62,114 nucleotides of DNA, filler included, from Diploschistes diacapsis (GCA_023645945.1; 11 parts of 11 records of this genome joined end to end with filler, not necessarily neighbours in it); one strand, 5' to 3'; numbered from the whole stretch's first letter, positions 48,087 to 62,003 are shown. A program made the numbers and translations. The notes: generated by a model not told the origin, from the letters alone.

Positions 48087-49437
48087 CTAGGTATGGCAGA
48101 TGCGCCGGGAGAGCTGTGGGGCAAGAAGATCACTGCCGTGGGCATCGATCCCGGCAAACAAATCCTCCAACTTGCCTAGCAACTTCTCCACCTCCACCTT
48201 GACCGAGAACATATACGGTTCCGCATTCTGCCCTGCATCGACTTCCTCGACGTACAAGGTACAACGTGTGCCGCAGACCCTGCACATGGGATTCGTAGGC
48301 TTCGGCTGCGCAGCAACGGCGAACCAGATGCCCCGGCTCAGCTCGTCGCAGAAGAGCCTGCCGGTCATCGGGATGTGCGGGCAGACCCAAAGGCCGCCCT
48401 GCACCGCGAAGCTGGAGATAAACCGCGGGAGGAAGTCTTTCAGACATTTTCTCCGTGATTCGGACACTTGCTTGTAGAGCGCCTCTGGAATTTCGAGACC
48501 CCCAAATCCCAAGTTGCTTATCAAGACCGCGCCTCGCTCAAACAATCGGATGCATTGTCTCATCTGATACGAATGTTCCCAGCCATGGCTGTCGTACTTG
48601 TATGGTGAGTGTACTGACGGCCGCCCGGTGCCTACCGACCTGGCCCTTTCACGCACTAGATCCAATTGACGACCGAATGAGCGTATAGGGTATGCGTATC
48701 CTGAGTATCTATCGTTCGGGGGGTTGTACCAGCACGGCCCTTCGTGTAAGATCCTGGAGAGTTCCAGCATCTCAAGCTTTGACTGTGCAAACTCGATCGC
48801 GTCGGTAGACTGGCACGAACGGATAATACCAGAGTGGCCGATGGTAGTAGCCGGAAAAAATGCTCTCGGGTGTTTTTTCCGACACAAGGAACATAGTAGC
48901 CTCGCGGCGCCAGTGTCTTCGATGAATACTGCAGCGATGTACTGTTCCCACGGATCGTTTTTGAGCTGATCGACGATGTCGTGCAAACTATATCGGGAAT
49001 GCCAGAGACGCCTACAGGATAGCTTTGCTGCGAACGCCTGCAACGGGCCTTGATGCTCGAGAACATAAGTCATCACTGTGTCCACTACCTCTGTTGGAAG
49101 GATGTCCATGGTAATTCCAGCTGATTGCCTGGGAGACGTACAAACCCGCGCCTGCACCGGTGAGAATCATGCAGACCGGCTTCATGGCCGAGACACTTAC
49201 CTCTCTCGTTTCTGCAGCAGCCGGTGGAAGATTGCAGGCCTTCAAAGACTTATAGTTCGATGCAAAACATCCGGTGCGTCCTTGGGTCTGGTTCTGTTGA
49301 CGGTCATCGTTACTGACGAGGGAGAGAAGACCGCAGTTCTGTTGCCGGGAATGGGGAGAGGAAGCACTTGGAATGCCGGCGCCGAACGAGGGAACAGGGA
49401 CAGCCGAGCCGTTACCGATAGTGATGCTGGTCATCAT
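48087..49437 (-). CDS. F-box-like protein with CxxC-H, CPH and CxxC motifs; start at 49109, or at 49437 via intron 49200-49152
   Basis: ILPTEVVDTVMTYV...KLSCRRLW (F-box-like), LLCSLCRKKHP, WVCPH, CRVCG; a GTAAGT..CTCAC..CAG intron joins a 79-codon upstream exon in frame. Confidence 0.72.
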
Positions 49438-51121
49438 TGGACGCGTTCACTGGGCTGTATTAGCTGGACCGCTCGGAATGGCCAAGGTTCCACCATCACC
49501 ACGAAGCGGTACTCACAGCGGAGCAAAATACCAACGGAGCAGGATCTGGCGTCGATCGGGTCTGTTGTCGGGATGCAAGTGTTCAGAGCATCAAGAGCAA
49601 ATAAGCCAAGGTTTTGTCCAAGAAGGGAGTATGGGAACGATTGCAAGCAAGATAGGCTTTGTGGTCTGACTATCCAAATAGCAAGTATTCTTCCCTTCAA
49701 GCCAAGGGTGCTGACAGCGGAGCTGCAAGATATTGAGCAGATAAAGATGGTAAGAGTACCCCCAAGCCTCGGCTGAGCTCAAGTCCCGCTGCTATCGAGT
49801 TTGAATGTTAGCTCCTAGTAGAAACAGCCAGAGACAGGTCAGCCTTCCTTTCGAACAGAGAACGAGAAACAGACTATGAACAGGCAAGAAGACTGTGGTT
49901 TATCGGAAGTATCATACTGCTAGACAAAGTGACAAGATTGATATATTCTATGTGGGGTGGGTGGCTCGGTTACCAGCTCCATGATAGTTGGAACATCTTA
50001 CCAATGTTGTTCACTGCTGTAGATGCTCTTAAGACACCGCAATAACAGTCTTCTCCGCTATGTCTCCGTTATGTCTCCATCATGTCTCCGTCACTCCAGG
50101 GAAAGCCTCCCTTGATAGCAACAATCTTGTCCGATACATATGTTCGATAGTCTCCATTGGCGATAATAGTCTTCTTTGGTGTGTCTCCACCTTCTGCAAC
50201 GACAAATCCTGAAGGCTTACTCTTTCGTGGCAACAGTTTGAAGGAAGTAATGCATAGAGGTGATCGAACACTCACCAGAAGCGACATGGACTGTCAAAAA
50301 GTATGTTCCTGCTTGTGAATCTGTAACGCTGTTAATAGGCTGGAGAGAGAGAGAGAGAGAGAATCATTCTGTAGAAGTCACTGAAAACAAGCATAGGCGA
50401 GCAGAATGAAATCCGAATTTGAACTTCGGTGACTTGATGAGAAGTGTTCGATCAATTTCCTATCCAGTCATCAGAACGTATTTCATTCCCGTTAGAACAA
50501 CGGACAAGGTATTCAGTCTTCTATAGTTGAAACTCTTTTCCCAAACTTGGCTGGCTTGGACCGAAGATAGCCACACCCAAACCCATATAATAACATATAC
50601 AAACTGAACGCCAATTGTGGTGCAGTGCAATAGTGGTATCTCTGTTCGCTTCGCTTTGCTCTGCCAAATGAAAATCCAATCCCTAGTCAATTTACAGTGC
50701 TCGCAGCAGAACGCATAAAAGGTATGGTAGCAGAGGGTATCTCATGCTCGCGTGGATGGAAGTCAATAAGCTTGCTGTCGTAAGTGTTTGCCGTAGAAAA
50801 TTGTCCTGGTAATGGAGCAAAGAGGGGGGGGGGGGGGGGGTNNNNNNNNNNNNNNNNNNNNNNNNNNNNNNNNNNNNNNNNNNNNTTAATTAATTAANNN
50901 NNNNNNNNNNNNNNNNNNNNNNNNNNNNNNNNNNNNNNNNNAAGAAGAACAATATGGGGAGGCAGAAGAAGAAGAAGAACAAGGAAGAAAAGGGGGGAAA
51001 GGGGTATGGGATGTAGACAGAGTCTGGGCAGGGGGACGTGGCTTGTATGTTAGTGGAGAGAGCCGCAGGCACGCTGCCGCACCTTTGGATTGGGGGCTAT
51101 TAGTTCGGGAATGGTCTATTG

Positions 51122-52181
51122 TTATAAAGCACCCAGCTCCTTGAGCTTCCCTATTAGTCCGTCCACGTCTTCCACTTTGCCGCCCCCTTCCCTCGGAGGC
51201 GGTTCTAAAATGCATTCGTCAGCAAAATCACCCTACGCTGCTCCTCTTTCGATAGGAATATCGGCAGTCGGGAAAGAAAAACAAAGGGAGAGAGATTCTC
51301 TGCTCACCAACAACCTTCAACGTCTTCAACCTCTTCTCCCCACCGAGCCCCAAGTCGCTCAAACTCATTTTCTTCATCTCCTTCTTCTTGGCCTTCATGA
51401 TATTCGGCAAGCTCGCATACCGCGGCTCGTTCAGCCTCAGGTCCGTAGTAATGATCATGGGCAGTTTTGCCTTCAACGTTTCCACACCCCCATCCACCTC
51501 CCTCACCACCCTCACCACCCCACCCTCCTCAAGGTCGACTTTGCTCGCCTGGGTTGCCTGGCTCCACCCCAACAGGCCCGCAAGCATCTGTCCCGTCTGG
51601 CTCGAGTCGTCATCAATGCTCTGTTTCCCCAATATAACCAGATTCCTCTCTTCCTTCTCCACCACGGCCTTGAGTAGCTTCGCCACAGCGAGCGGCTCTA
51701 GCTCCCCACCCTCCTTCTCCGGGTCATGCTCGACCAGTATGCTCCGATCGGCGCCCATGGCCATTGCCGTCCGCAGGACGTCGGCGGCCTTCGGGGGCCC
51801 CGCGGAGAAGGCGAGGATGTCGGAGACGGTGACGCCGGCGGCTTTCTGGTCCTTGGCGGAGCGTTCGCGGATGCGGACCGCTTCCTCGATGGAGAGCTCG
51901 TCGAAGGGGTTTATGCTGTGCTTGACGCCCGCTGTTTCGACACCCGTTTGGGCTTTGTTGACGCGGGGCTTGATCTGAGGGACGTTAGAGAGGGGGGTCG
52001 GAGAGCAAGTGAGTCAATTTCAAAGGCAGGCTCATCAGATTTCAGTCACTTGTCCATTCGTTTGGGTGAGCGATGGTCAGAGCCAACTGTGACTGGCCTG
52101 GGGAAGCGCTCTGAGAGGGGAGCTTACGGCATAGTCTATCACTCGTTTCACAGGGACGAGGATGCGGAGAGCGGTCGGCAT
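51122..52181 (-). CDS. CIR1: Electron transfer flavoprotein beta subunit, 3 exons
   Basis: LRILVPVKRVIDYA|IKPRV...SINPFDELSIEEAVR, AMAMGADR, GKQSIDDD, DLRLNEPRYASLPNIMKAKKK, EPPPREGGGKVEDV. Confidence 0.95.
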
Positions 52182-52862
52182 GGCGTTTAATGAGGATAGG
52201 AGACTATATACAGAGGGAGAGAGGAAAGAACGGGGCAAGAAGAACAAGTCTCAACGAATGGAGGTACGATATAACATTGGACTTCAAAGAATTGAGAATT
52301 GCGGGAGCGTCATGAGCTGCCGTGACGGGAAATTATCGAGCCGCTTTTTGAGCCTCGGCGGTTGAAGCTGCCAGGAGCAAGAGCATATGACAGTTTCTGA
52401 AAGATCGCCTTGACTCCCAAGGAAAACTTTCCAAGGTTCACTGGTGCATTGTGTGTGCACAAAGTGGCTGCTTTGGTAGCATATATATTCGGTGTAAAGG
52501 GGGTTTCCCAGCACGTATGAGACAGAATTACTTATGGATGCAAAGAATTGGTTTACAATACTATAGAAGACTTTGAAATGCCACTTCCTACTTCACGACG
52601 CATCCGACCGAACATAAACTGGGGGTGATTGGAATGAATGTTGGAATTATATATAACTTCTGCATAGCAGTCTCTCGCCTCGATATCTCAAAAAGAAAAA
52701 GGAAAAGGAAGGGGAAAAAAAAAAAAAAAAAAAAAAAAGCAAACATAACGGCATGATTCGTCCCATGGCCTCCGCAGTCCCGATAACCCAATTATCGATT
52801 ATGGTTCAGGTAGAATTAGATATTAACAAAACCAAATGAATCTCCAATCCCGGTATTTCGAC

Positions 52863-54971
52863 CTAATTAGCAATTATAGCACTTCCATGGCCCTGGCTCA
52901 GGTTGGAATCGTTTTTCAGAAGCTTGCTCAAGCGGCTTTTAAGAGACTGTTTTCTAGGCGTCACGTCCTGCGACTTCTCTTTCGCACCACTCGTCCGTAG
53001 AGGCTTCGGCGTCTCGTCGCTTTGGAGAGTGGCTTCCGTTTCAAGCTTCTTATGCCTCCCCCGCTTCTTTTCTGATTCGGGAGCTCGTCTCTGAACCGCG
53101 GCCAGTCTGCTCGGACTCGCAGGATGCACCAGCGGCGATTGCGGCTGGTCGTCTCGCTCGTCAGCGTTGAACGCCTCCTTGGTCAACCCGCCTCTCATGA
53201 TCCTCTCCCTGACAACCCGACGGATTTCTTCCTCCCGCTTCTTTTCGAAATCTGCATCGTCGGCGTCCTTCGACTGCGTCTCCTTGGATCGCTCCTGCCG
53301 CTGACGCCGCCTCTCGCTTTCTCGCACCTGCCTCTCTCGCGGGGATTGTATCGGTTGTGCGGGTGATGTCACCCGCGAATTTGCCAAATCTGCACGGTAA
53401 TTGTCCGAGAATGGTATCCGTGGGAACGGGTGATTGCAGTTCTGAGGGTTTGTAGCGCTGGAGGCGACGGAAGCTTGAGAGTTCGGGCTCATGGGGTTTG
53501 TGAGTCCACCGACTTTTGAAGGCTTATGAGAAGCTGCAGTCTGGGTTTGCGATGGTGGTGGCGGTGGCGGCGGTGGCGATGAAACGGTCATCATCTGCGC
53601 GATGTGCCGCTTGGGCTCCTTGTAAGAGTCGAGACCCGGTAAAGGCGGGAGGCTGCGGTTCAGATCGGGGCCTTTACCCTTTGCACGCCCTCGGTCTCCC
53701 TCTCCCGGCCGACTGCCCTTCCGTGAGCTGTAGCTGCCTTTCCTTCGTAAACCACTGGCGGCACCCTTTAGCCAGCCACGGCTGCTCTGCGAGAAGTTGC
53801 TTCCCCGTGACGGCGGGCGCGAGGATGATCGCGATTCGGCCCTGTACCGGGTTTCCGATGCGCTCCGCGAAAGTGCCTCGAGGCTGGGCTTGGGCTGCAT
53901 GTAATCTCTTATCCCCCCCCAGATGCTGCTCTTGATGCTCGATGCACGCGATCGGGGGCGGGACGGCTCTCTGGAGACCATGGGCTCGAGCGGAGCCGTT
54001 CTCGCATGCTGAAGCGAGGGAACGAGGTAGTCGGGATTTGGCAACGAAAGATCCCTTTCGGGCTCGTGCTGGCTCGATGCGTCTTCGGGCCTCCATGCTC
54101 GAGCCGAAGCGGTGCGGGACGAAGCTCTCTTGGGAAATTGATACGAACCTCTCTTGTCGTCCGCGGGGGTCTGGTTGTAGGAAGTAAGATTTGTCGATGC
54201 TCGAGGCTCGAGCGTAGTGTTGGAGCGGGTGGTCGAGCCACTGGAGCCCACCGTGGCTGTGACATAGTCGACCGAAGCGGCAGCAGAGGTCTTCGGCCTC
54301 AAGCTCATACTTAGCCGAATCCTGGCGAGGGCCTCCTCGTCCCGTGCCGGCACCGATCTGCGAGCGATCGGTTTGTCCGCCGAGCCTGGCTGCATGGGGG
54401 GAACAGGTTCGAATCTGGGCTTGCATTGCGGTAGCGCAGATGCGGACCTGTGGTTGGAAGTGTAGACATTGGAACGAGGACGAGAGAGCGGTAAGGTGGT
54501 GGACGACTGGTTTACCGAAGCGAGGTTGCTCTTCGAGGCACGATCCTTGTGCCTCAGACCTTTGGTTGGGAAAGTCGAGGCCTGGGTATGTGACGCCTTT
54601 GCACGGACGGTGGCGACTTCTTTGTTGTAGGTGTCCAGAGGATCTGGCTGATTGAGGATTGCCTCCATCTCGGCACCGCTTGGCCCTGTATCCTTGACGA
54701 CCAAAGCGCATGCTACTCGAAGCTCGCGCAGAATTTGCGATGTAATTATCTGACGCTCGAAGACGGGAATGGCGTTGGGTCCGGCGGTGTTTGACGATGC
54801 GGCTTTTGCCGAGCCCATCCTGTCCGGGCCTTCGAGAGGGTCTTTGAGCGATTGCTTCTGCAGGCTGGGTTAGTATCCAAGAGGAATCGCTTGCTCATCA
54901 CAGAACGTGGATCGCGACGAAAGGTGGAAGCTCACGCTCGAAGAGTTTTTGAGACCCAACTTTCGCATCAT
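52863..54971 (-). CDS. Hypothetical Ser/Arg/Pro-rich, largely disordered protein; probable short first exon MMRKLGLKNSSS
   Basis: 651-aa ORF extended in frame through a GTGAGC..CTAAC..CAG intron; motif DLNRSLPPLPGLD; no domain recognised. Confidence 0.7.
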
Positions 54972-56044
54972 CTTGTCAGAGTAAAGGGAGAACTGCCTCT
55001 TGAGAGGGTGTTCTATTGAGTGGCGGCCAAGATATCGCTGCGCCTCGCTCAAGGCCCCCCGCAGATGGGGATATGCTCGGCGTGTGCGGAACTTTCAAAA
55101 CCAGGCTGAACTGGATGCAGTGTATGCAAGAATGTCGACCGAGACGTCCTCATCCAAAGTAAAAAAAGAGCTGTAGAACGATAGGGGGGGGGGGTCGACG
55201 GAGAGGCCGTTGCTGAACCGCGTAGCTTTCTGAGTTTCTTTTGCAGCGGCTCGTAGCCGAGGTGCATAGGGGAGCGTGGCAGGCTCAGAAAAAGAACGGC
55301 ACACACAAGCACGTACTTAATGATATGTACAAAAAAGCATCTTGATGGACAATCTTGTCACTCCGCTTGTTGACGCAAAAGGAAGCACTCTGTCAGAAAT
55401 GAAGGGAAAAGTGAAGAGCAGAAAAGGGGGGTGAATAATCAAAATTGGGAGCCGGGGAAAAGCTGCTCGACCTCAGTTCTCCAGTCTCCAGTCTCCAGTC
55501 TCTCTCAGTCTTCTCTCTTTTCCCTGAGTTCACGCCAGAGGCCGGTGATCTTAGTATCATTGGGGAGGAAAGGAAGTCGAAGGAGTGGAGCTAGAGCAAC
55601 AATCGAACCATACAAAATAAGATCACTGCCACACGGGAGGGAATAGCTAGCAGACTAATCAACCGTTTGAAAATTTGCATTTGACGGGGACTGGGACTAG
55701 AAGCTGTGGCCTGTGGCCGGGCAAATACTAAAGTTGATCTGGCTAGACTTGGACTTGAACTACTATGGACATGTGGAAAAAAGGGTTTTGGGGTCGTGCT
55801 CAAGCTTCTCCGTTCTCCATACTTTGGAAGGAAAACAACTGACGGAACCAGGTTTTAGGTACATGTGCATAAGTTAAGGATTAGTAGCTTACTACTACTA
55901 ACTACTACTACTACTGGTTACTACTGGGCATTGGCCACGAGCATCAATCAAAGTTCCCGCAGCTGCAGCTGTCGGCTATGTCGAAGATGAATATAGCTCA
56001 ACAAAATGCCTCCGTATCGTGTGCTTCGTTGTGCCTAAGAGGAG

Positions 56045-56076
<32 letters not shown>

Positions 56077-56198
56077 GGCCTTGACTGCAAGGGCGTTTGT
56101 TATTTGTAGAGGTCAGAAGCATGCACACCAACGGGAAGTGGGAAGGAGAAGTGCTCGTACATCATCATATCTAATGATGGATGACACTTAATAATTCC

Positions 56199-56326
56199 CT
56201 GTCACTCTGTCCCACTGTTATTCTGTACCACTGTTATTCTGTCACACTGTTGTATTGCTATTCTGTCATACTGTCATTCTGTCATACTGTCACACAATCA
56301 CACAATCACACTGTCATTCTGTCATG
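56199..56326. repeat. 8-bp minisatellite, 16 units, consensus CTGTCAYW
   Basis: ctgtcact ctgtccca ctgttatt ctgtacca ... ctgtcatt ctgtcatg in exact 8-bp phase. Confidence 0.88.
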
Positions 56327-57283
56327 CCGTAACTCTTATCCATCCCAATCTCATTTGACAAACTTCAGTACTACCTACCTAGTAAAATGCACGTACTTCC
56401 ACACCCAATCAGCCCGCCCGGCACAAAAAAGCTCTCATCCCTCACCCCCCCCTTTTTTTTCTTTTTCTTTTTCTTTTTCTTTNNNNNNNNNNNNNNNNNN
56501 NNNNNNNNNNNNNNNNNNNNNNNNNNTTAATTAATTAANNNNNNNNNNNNNNNNNNNNNNNNNNNNNNNNNNNNNNNNNNNNATATATACGCGTATATAG
56601 AGGGTTAAATTCACTGCATGCTTATTAAAAACCTTGTAAATTATAAGACGATTTAAATTTTTATATTGATTATTAATAAATCGAGATACCTCGGCAACCG
56701 CGGCGGTTAAGCTAGATTACCACTAAAACTGTTTACTAGCGGCTCCACAAGGCAGAATAACACATACCGGTTTTTTACAGCAAATCATTGAGGGGTAGGT
56801 TCAGCTTCAACCTCGTCTCTTAAAAGAGACAGTGTCAGAGCAAACCTACAAAACTGGAAGAACGTTTCATGAATTATGCTCACAAGTATACATATATGAG
56901 CTAAGATCAGGGAAATTCACGCGGTCAAAACAAACAAACTGTAACGAGGAATCTGCTTAATGCAGACTTGATTCCCACCCGGCCCTGGGCTGGCGTTTTA
57001 TGGCCCTAGCCACTTTTTTTTTGGGCGGTCTCATATTTTCTAGGAATTGATGGGTAGCAAAGCCCTTCCCGAATGTGCTATGCAATCCTGAATTGGTTCA
57101 ATCAGTTTGAATTTTCTGACTTGTCAAAATCAGCATCTCTCCACATCCATATCCTTTTCTCGGTTCAGGCAGCATGACCATGGCCGAGTGACAACACTTA
57201 TTAACAGATCGTGTTGTCCTGTCATTTGTATATACTTGCCGGCGTTCTGTTCCTTGCGTTTTGCATGCCCTTTCGCAGCCGTC

Positions 57284-58471
57284 ATGGTCGATTCTCTGGG
57301 GCGGGTTGTTAACGTTACTACTTGGATTCTTCTCATTACTTCGATATTTGCCATCGGTGCACGATTCTCTACGAAATTCACGCTCTCACGAAACCCAACC
57401 CTCGACGATGGTTTAGCGTTACTGGGTTTGGTGAGTGGAGCGCACCTCGAGCTATCCGTGAACCAGCGCTGAGCTTTGTACAGCTGTTCAGCATTGGCTC
57501 TGGCGTGGCCGTATCGTTCCTTGATATAAATGGACTTGGGGTTCCTCTGGGGCAGCTCAGTCAGTCTCAGCTCGACGCTTTTGCAAAGGCAAGCTGGAAA
57601 CAGGGCGTGGAGATCGTTACACGATAAACTGATTGTTACGCCAGGCTCTTTACGCCTCGCAGATGCTTTTTGTGGCCACGCTGTGCTTGATCAAGCTCTC
57701 GATAGTCATACTTTTATGGCTCATCACGCCCGCAGAGGACCACCGACGTCTCCTCATGGTCACCGCTGCTTTCGTTGTCGTTACCGGACTCGTGTCCGAG
57801 TTTACAGAAGCCTTCCAGTGCCGTGTACCAAGTACATGGGATTTCCTTGGTAACAATCAGTGCTTCGATCAGGTATCTCTCTCGGCTGGCCTCGGTGTCA
57901 ACAGCCTTGTTCTAACCAGGCCCAGGCTGCTTTCTGGAGATACTTTGGTTCTGTGAACATCCTGAGCGATTTGGTTTTGATCCTCGTGCCCGCGTACATA
58001 TTCATGGGTCTTCAACTCAAAACTCAAACCAAACTTACTATTGTCGCGAGTTTTGGGATGCGAATATTGTGCGTTCCCGTCCAATCATACTACAAAGGCA
58101 TCCAAGCTGACTGACCAAGGGACATTGGAGCTTCTGTAGTGCTCCTTGCATTCACCTCGGAATTTGATAGCCCCAACGTTACCGTCGATCTCTTTGCTTG
58201 GGTCTTAATAACGCAGATTGTTCAATGCGTTACAATCACTACCTCCTGCATTCCCTATCTAAGGCCGCTGCTGAAAGCCTATCCGTCTGGCATGTTCAAG
58301 AACGACGACGTGCGACGGAAGGGCACGAAAATTTCCTACGCCGCTGGTTCGAGAGACCAGGAAATTGAGACGGTGGCTCTCAGGGCACCGAGCAATAGTT
58401 CGCATACTGGTAAGGAGGCACTCAGCAGCCATCGGGAAAGCTCAATTGGCCCATCAGTGGAGGAAGCTTGA
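57284..58471 (+). CDS. PTH11-like (fungal rhodopsin-domain) integral membrane protein without CFEM, 5 exons
   Basis: ARF..DD, NGLG, LYASQMLF..LIKLSI, AFQCRVPSTW..C, NILSD, FGMRI, CIPYLRP; about seven hydrophobic segments. Confidence 0.87.
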
Positions 58472-59996
58472 GCCGAGAGAAGCGAGGTCCTGTCCTTTGA
58501 GCGGACGGCTTCTAAGCCTACCCGATCAACCACTAGAGGTTTCAATTTGGGAATATAACTAACGATATGGGGGCGGGGGGCGGAAAGAGGGGGAAATGAA
58601 ATGCACGAAGCTAAATGATGCGCCGGCCGTCGCATGAGTAGTTTGGGGCCCCAGAGGTCAGCACTGTTTTAAAATGGCACAATCGAGTGCGACCGTTTGG
58701 ATAATCGGAGAGCGAGTTATAAGCACTGGATAGCATTCGAATAGAGATACAGAACTTGGTACAAAGAAGCATACGAATACTGCGGGAGCTGACAGCTTCT
58801 GCTGACGAATTCCCTCCACAAATCTCACCCGCGTATGTGCAGCAGCACGGCAAATCCAGCTCCGCCATTCCAATGATAAGGGTATGAGGGTATCTCCCTC
58901 AATACGTGCGTACTTCCTTTACTATTTACTACTTAGTGTTCTTTAGCCAAATTAAGAAGAGGATTCAAGGGTCCTTGTCCTTGTCAACGGAAAAGCAATT
59001 TCACCTAGTAATGCGCGCACCGACCTCGGGAAACTCTCCTTTACTTTGTGGTCTGTCCTCATAATCATCTACGATCTATCTCTTGAGTCTTAACCCAGAA
59101 ACCTCGGGATCAGTTCGTGCGGCGTCCTTGGACAATTTCCATGCGGCTCCCCACCACCCATCCCTTAGCAGCGCACCGGCCATTCTAAGGCTTGAGCAGT
59201 CTGGACTGGGTGGGACTGGTTGGCGAGATTTGATTTGCACGGAGAGAGGGTCAATACCGGTCGGATACGCTAATTGCGCGAAGTCGGTAGTTATAGTTAG
59301 TCCATTGTTACGAAGCGACCCTAGGGTAAGGGCAAGAGAAACCCTGCTTGTGTGTGGCGTTGAGCTCACTAATCGGCGCTAACCTTGTTTCTGGGGGGTC
59401 CACTTCATACTCAACCCGCTGTCTACCCCCAACTCCACACTGTGGACTCCACTCACATGGCTCGAGGTGACATCCCGTCCCCCCCAACCTCCTTTTAGTG
59501 TTCTTCCTCGATGTTCGGGTTCAATTGTTTGAGAACTCGCGACTGAGGTATGGCACTGCACTGCATCAAACGGGCTGCTGTGCTCCCGCTCTAGTAATAG
59601 GGGGTTTTTCTCCGTGTTTAATGGCTCGGTCATTGTCTACGAATAGCGTACGCTGTATCTCATGAGAGGAGAGAGCGATAAGTCTGGGTCGAGCTATCGA
59701 GGGGCTTGAATTTCCTCTCTCAGGGGGCTGGCACGCAAGATCAACCTTCTCCTGCCGTAGCACGTTGGCTTCCACATTGTTTTGGTACTCGTGGAAGCGA
59801 GAGCATCTATCTGATAAGGCGTGCGCCGCAGATACGTCTTGAACTGCACCCCATTCCTTTCCTGTTTGTTCAAGAAATCATCGCCTCCGTCCTCCAAAAG
59901 CGTTGAAGAGCGCCGTTTTGTTGCTTTAATTGCTCCATCCTTCTGTTAATACTTAATTGTTTCGCATAGCGCGCATTGGCAAAGAAGCTTTCCGAG

Positions 59997-62003
59997 ATGT
60001 CGATAACCTACCAGGAGCAGGAGATGTCCTCTCTTGACGATAAGCGCAAAAGCGAGTTTGTGCGCGTCTCCCATTATGCCGCTGGCCCAATGGACCGCGA
60101 GGCCGCCGCTCTCGCAAGATCCGGAAAGAAGCAAGTTCTCAAGGTGCGCTCTCCAAGACGTGAGCATTTGGATGCAGGCGCAAATGCTAACATTTCCAGA
60201 ACAGCGTAACTTTGGTCTTTTGAGCATGATTGGCTTCTCTTGCTCCCTAATGACCACATGGGAAGGTGTATTAGCGTGAGTGACCCAGGCCACTGTGGTT
60301 TTGATGAATTCACATGTTCATTGCTTCCAGGTCCTTCTTGCTGGGTTTTCAAAAGTACGTTCCACCGGTGCCCCTGCGCGAGAGGTCGCGAGGACCTTCA
60401 GCCGCAGCTAGCTAGCCAGCCAGTTCAAACTCACACACGCCAAGCGTAATGCTAAGAGATCCATCACAGTGGCGGCCCTGCCGGTATAATTTACGGCATG
60501 ATCTTCACCTGGGCGGGAACTCTGTCTGTCTTCGTCACGCTGGGAGAGCTCGCATCTATGATGCCAACATCTTCCGGACAGTACCACTGGGTCAACTTGC
60601 TTGCGCCGAAGTCCACGAAGAAATTCCTTAGCTACGTCACTGGTGGGTTTGAAATCATAAGTCCTGCAGCAGCCGTCACTGACATGCGCTGTAAGGATGG
60701 CTGACAGTAGCCGGCTGGACCGCCGCGATTGCAGCTGCCATGAACTATTCATCTGGGCTAATACTAGCGATGGCTGTTGAAAACTTCCCAGACTACACGC
60801 CCACGGGCTGGCACGGCACCCTCGTCTTCTGGGCGGTTCTGCTCCTGTGCCTTGCTGTCAACACCGTGCTGAGCGGTCTGCTACCAGCCATTGAAGTCAT
60901 GGTCTTGGTCCTGCACATCCTTGGCTACTTCGCCATCCTCGTCCCCCTCGTCTACATCAATCCCCAGAACAACGGCAACGCCATCTTCACCACCTGGGTG
61001 AACGGGGGCAACTGGAATACGCAAGCTCTTGCCTTCTTTATCGGCTTAAACGGCAATGCAGGTTCCTTCATCGGAACCGATGGCGCCGTCCATGTAAGCT
61101 CGTTCAGGAGGCCCTTCAAGCCCCCCCCCGTTGTCCATCCACTGATCTCTCCTCCAGATGTCCGAGGAAGTCAAATCTGCCTCGGTCAACGTCCCCCGCT
61201 CCATGGTTTGGTCCGTCATGATCAACGGTATCCTCGCTTTTACCCTGATCATCGCCTTTCTCCTCTGCGCCGATCTCAATACCGCTACCTCCTCATCAAG
61301 CCCCTACCCATTCGTCGCCGTGCTGACAGAAGCCGTCAACTCCGTCGGTGGCGGCACGGCCATGGTCTCCATCGTCACCATTCTGCTCATTTTCGCCGGC
61401 GTCGGCGTCGTCGCCTCCGCCTCACGCATGATGTGGGCTTTCTCCCGCGACCGCGGCATGCCGGGGTGGAGGACCCTGAGCAAGGTGCACAGCCGCACGA
61501 CCATTCCGCTTACCTCGGTCTTCACGGTCAGCATGGCCGCGGCGTTGCTGGGACTGATCAACATCGGCTCCACCACCGCGTTCGGGGACGTCCTCTCGCT
61601 CATTCTCGAAGCGCTCTACGTCTCCTACCTGATCGTCTGCGTGCTCCTCCTCTACCGCCGCATGAAGGGCCAAATCGGCATCGGATCCCCGCCTGAAGAC
61701 GACGTCGCGGGGATGGACTACGTCTCCGATCCCTCGCTCATGCAGTGGGGCCCCTGGCGCGTACCGGAGCCCTGGGGCACGATCAACAACGCGTTCGCAT
61801 GCGTCTATTTGATCATCATTGCCTTCTTTAGCTTCTGGCCGACGACGACGACGATCACGGCCGCGAGCATGAACTATAGTGTTCTCGTAACGGGCGCGGT
61901 CGCGGTGTTTAGCATATTGTACTATCTTCTCCATGCGCGGAAAACGTACACCGGGCCCGTGGTGGAGATTGATCCCATGGTCGCTACGAGGGGGGAAATC
62001 TAG
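59997..62003 (+). CDS. APC-family amino-acid/choline/GABA permease, multi-exon
   Basis: GKKQVLK|RNFGLLSMIGFS, GGPAGIIYG, ELASMMPTSSGQYHWV, DGAVH|MSEEV, ASRMMWAFSRDRG, MNYS. Confidence 0.92.

Noticed and set aside
49078..49776. 232-aa plus-strand ORF
   Set aside because: Non-ATG start, overlaps the F-box gene's 5' part antisense, no motif.
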